A stretch of 64,000 bases of DNA from NCBI RefSeq assembly GCF_001194135.2, contig NC_069000.1:6567631-6631630 (forward strand). Reading direction: 5' to 3'. This DNA is from Octopus bimaculoides (Eukaryota). The notes under the pieces are model-generated. The model saw nothing but the letters and a program-made list of their open reading frames with translations, ran no database searches and was not told the DNA's origin. Below are positions 63,227-64,000 of this stretch, piece after piece (position 1 is the stretch's first letter; every line of letters begins with the position of its first letter). The translations under genes and the position numbers were made by a program.

Positions 63227-63507
63227 ATATATAAATACATATGAAATGTTAAAAGTGACTTCGAAGTCTCGCCGGTTGTAGCACCGTAACGAGAACCGGA
63301 ATTTCGAACTCACCCTCAAGCTTTTCCTTGTCAGTGTGTGTGTGTGTATCAGTCTGTGTAGAATGTTTTCGTATCAAGAATCTTGGGAAACCAATACAAA
63401 AATGTACACATACATATTGTTGTATTACTTTTTCTGCGCATAAGATCGCCTCTATATATGTGCGTGTGTACATCTACATACATATGGCATATAGAAATAC
63501 CTATATA

Positions 63508-63563
<56 letters not shown>

Positions 63564-63612
63564 TACATTTATATTAATGGCTTTCAAATAAAACTGCGAA
63601 GTTCCAAGACGA

Positions 63613-63624
63613 GATCACGTGATC
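63613..63624. promoter_or_regulatory. Palindromic E-box GATCACGTGATC
   Basis: 12-bp palindrome containing TCACGTGA in the CpG-rich end of the window. Confidence 0.25.
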
Positions 63625-63649
63625 ACTATCTTCGAGACAAGAAAGAAAA

Positions 63650-64000
63650 GACAGGAAAACTGAAGTAGGAGGAGGAGGAGGAAGACGAGTAAGTTATAGA
63701 CGTAGTAGGAGGAGAAGCAGTTGAGAGTGAAAAGTGGAGGTGGGGAAGAAGAAGCAGAAGATAATTGAAGTAGAAGGCGGGGGTGGAGGGAAAAGAGTCA
63801 GCAAAAAGGTAGAGAAGCAGCGGAAGTGGAGCAGGGGAGAAGAGAGCAAGAAAGAGAAAGAGAGAGGGTGAGAGAGCGGTAGGGTAGGAAGAGAAAGTTA
63901 AATGTAGACGAGGAGAAGGAGGAGGAAGAGGAGGATCACTAGAAATAGTAAAAGGTGAAGGGGAGGTAAACGAAGTGCTTTTTGAGGTGTTTAGATGTGT
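63650..64000 (+). repeat. GA/GAG-rich polypurine tract
   Basis: Direct reading of sequence. Confidence 0.85.

Overview
AT-rich animal genomic DNA from a gapped draft assembly (13 N-gaps, most flanked by microsatellites). It is saturated with microsatellites and short interspersed repeats; the style fits an octopod cephalopod, which is my inference, not a database result. No intact, recognisable host protein-coding gene is visible, and almost every ORF in the track is a microsatellite or gap read-through. What can be supported is a fossil record of transposons. Retroelements: a Hero-clade RLE LINE (6.7-7.4 kb), a CR1/L2-like LINE 3' end (8.4-8.9 kb), an R4/Dong-like RT (18.7-19.0 kb), many pieces of one RTE LINE whose RT contains a C4HC3 PHD-like finger and whose 3'UTR is a variable hairpin array, RTE-type C2H2 tails, and a Penelope GIY-YIG endonuclease (45.3-45.7 kb). 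DNA transposons: a Tc1 DD37E/TRT-like transposase (54.1-54.5 kb), hAT remnants, and hAT-, piggyBac- and Merlin/MULE-type MITEs with TSDs. At least five SINE-like modules occur in mix-and-match combinations. Less routine signals: a 72-bp GC-rich palindromic MITE with a perfect 9-bp TSD, a ~435-bp foldback and several other inverted-repeat pairs, a degenerate hammerhead-ribozyme core at 62.2 kb, interstitial telomere-like repeats, and a CpG-rich/CpG-poor domain pattern plus scattered minus-strand splice signals hinting at a hidden large-intron gene. I found no solid evidence for a wholly new biological system; the leads are hypotheses. Repeat-copy coordinates are approximate.
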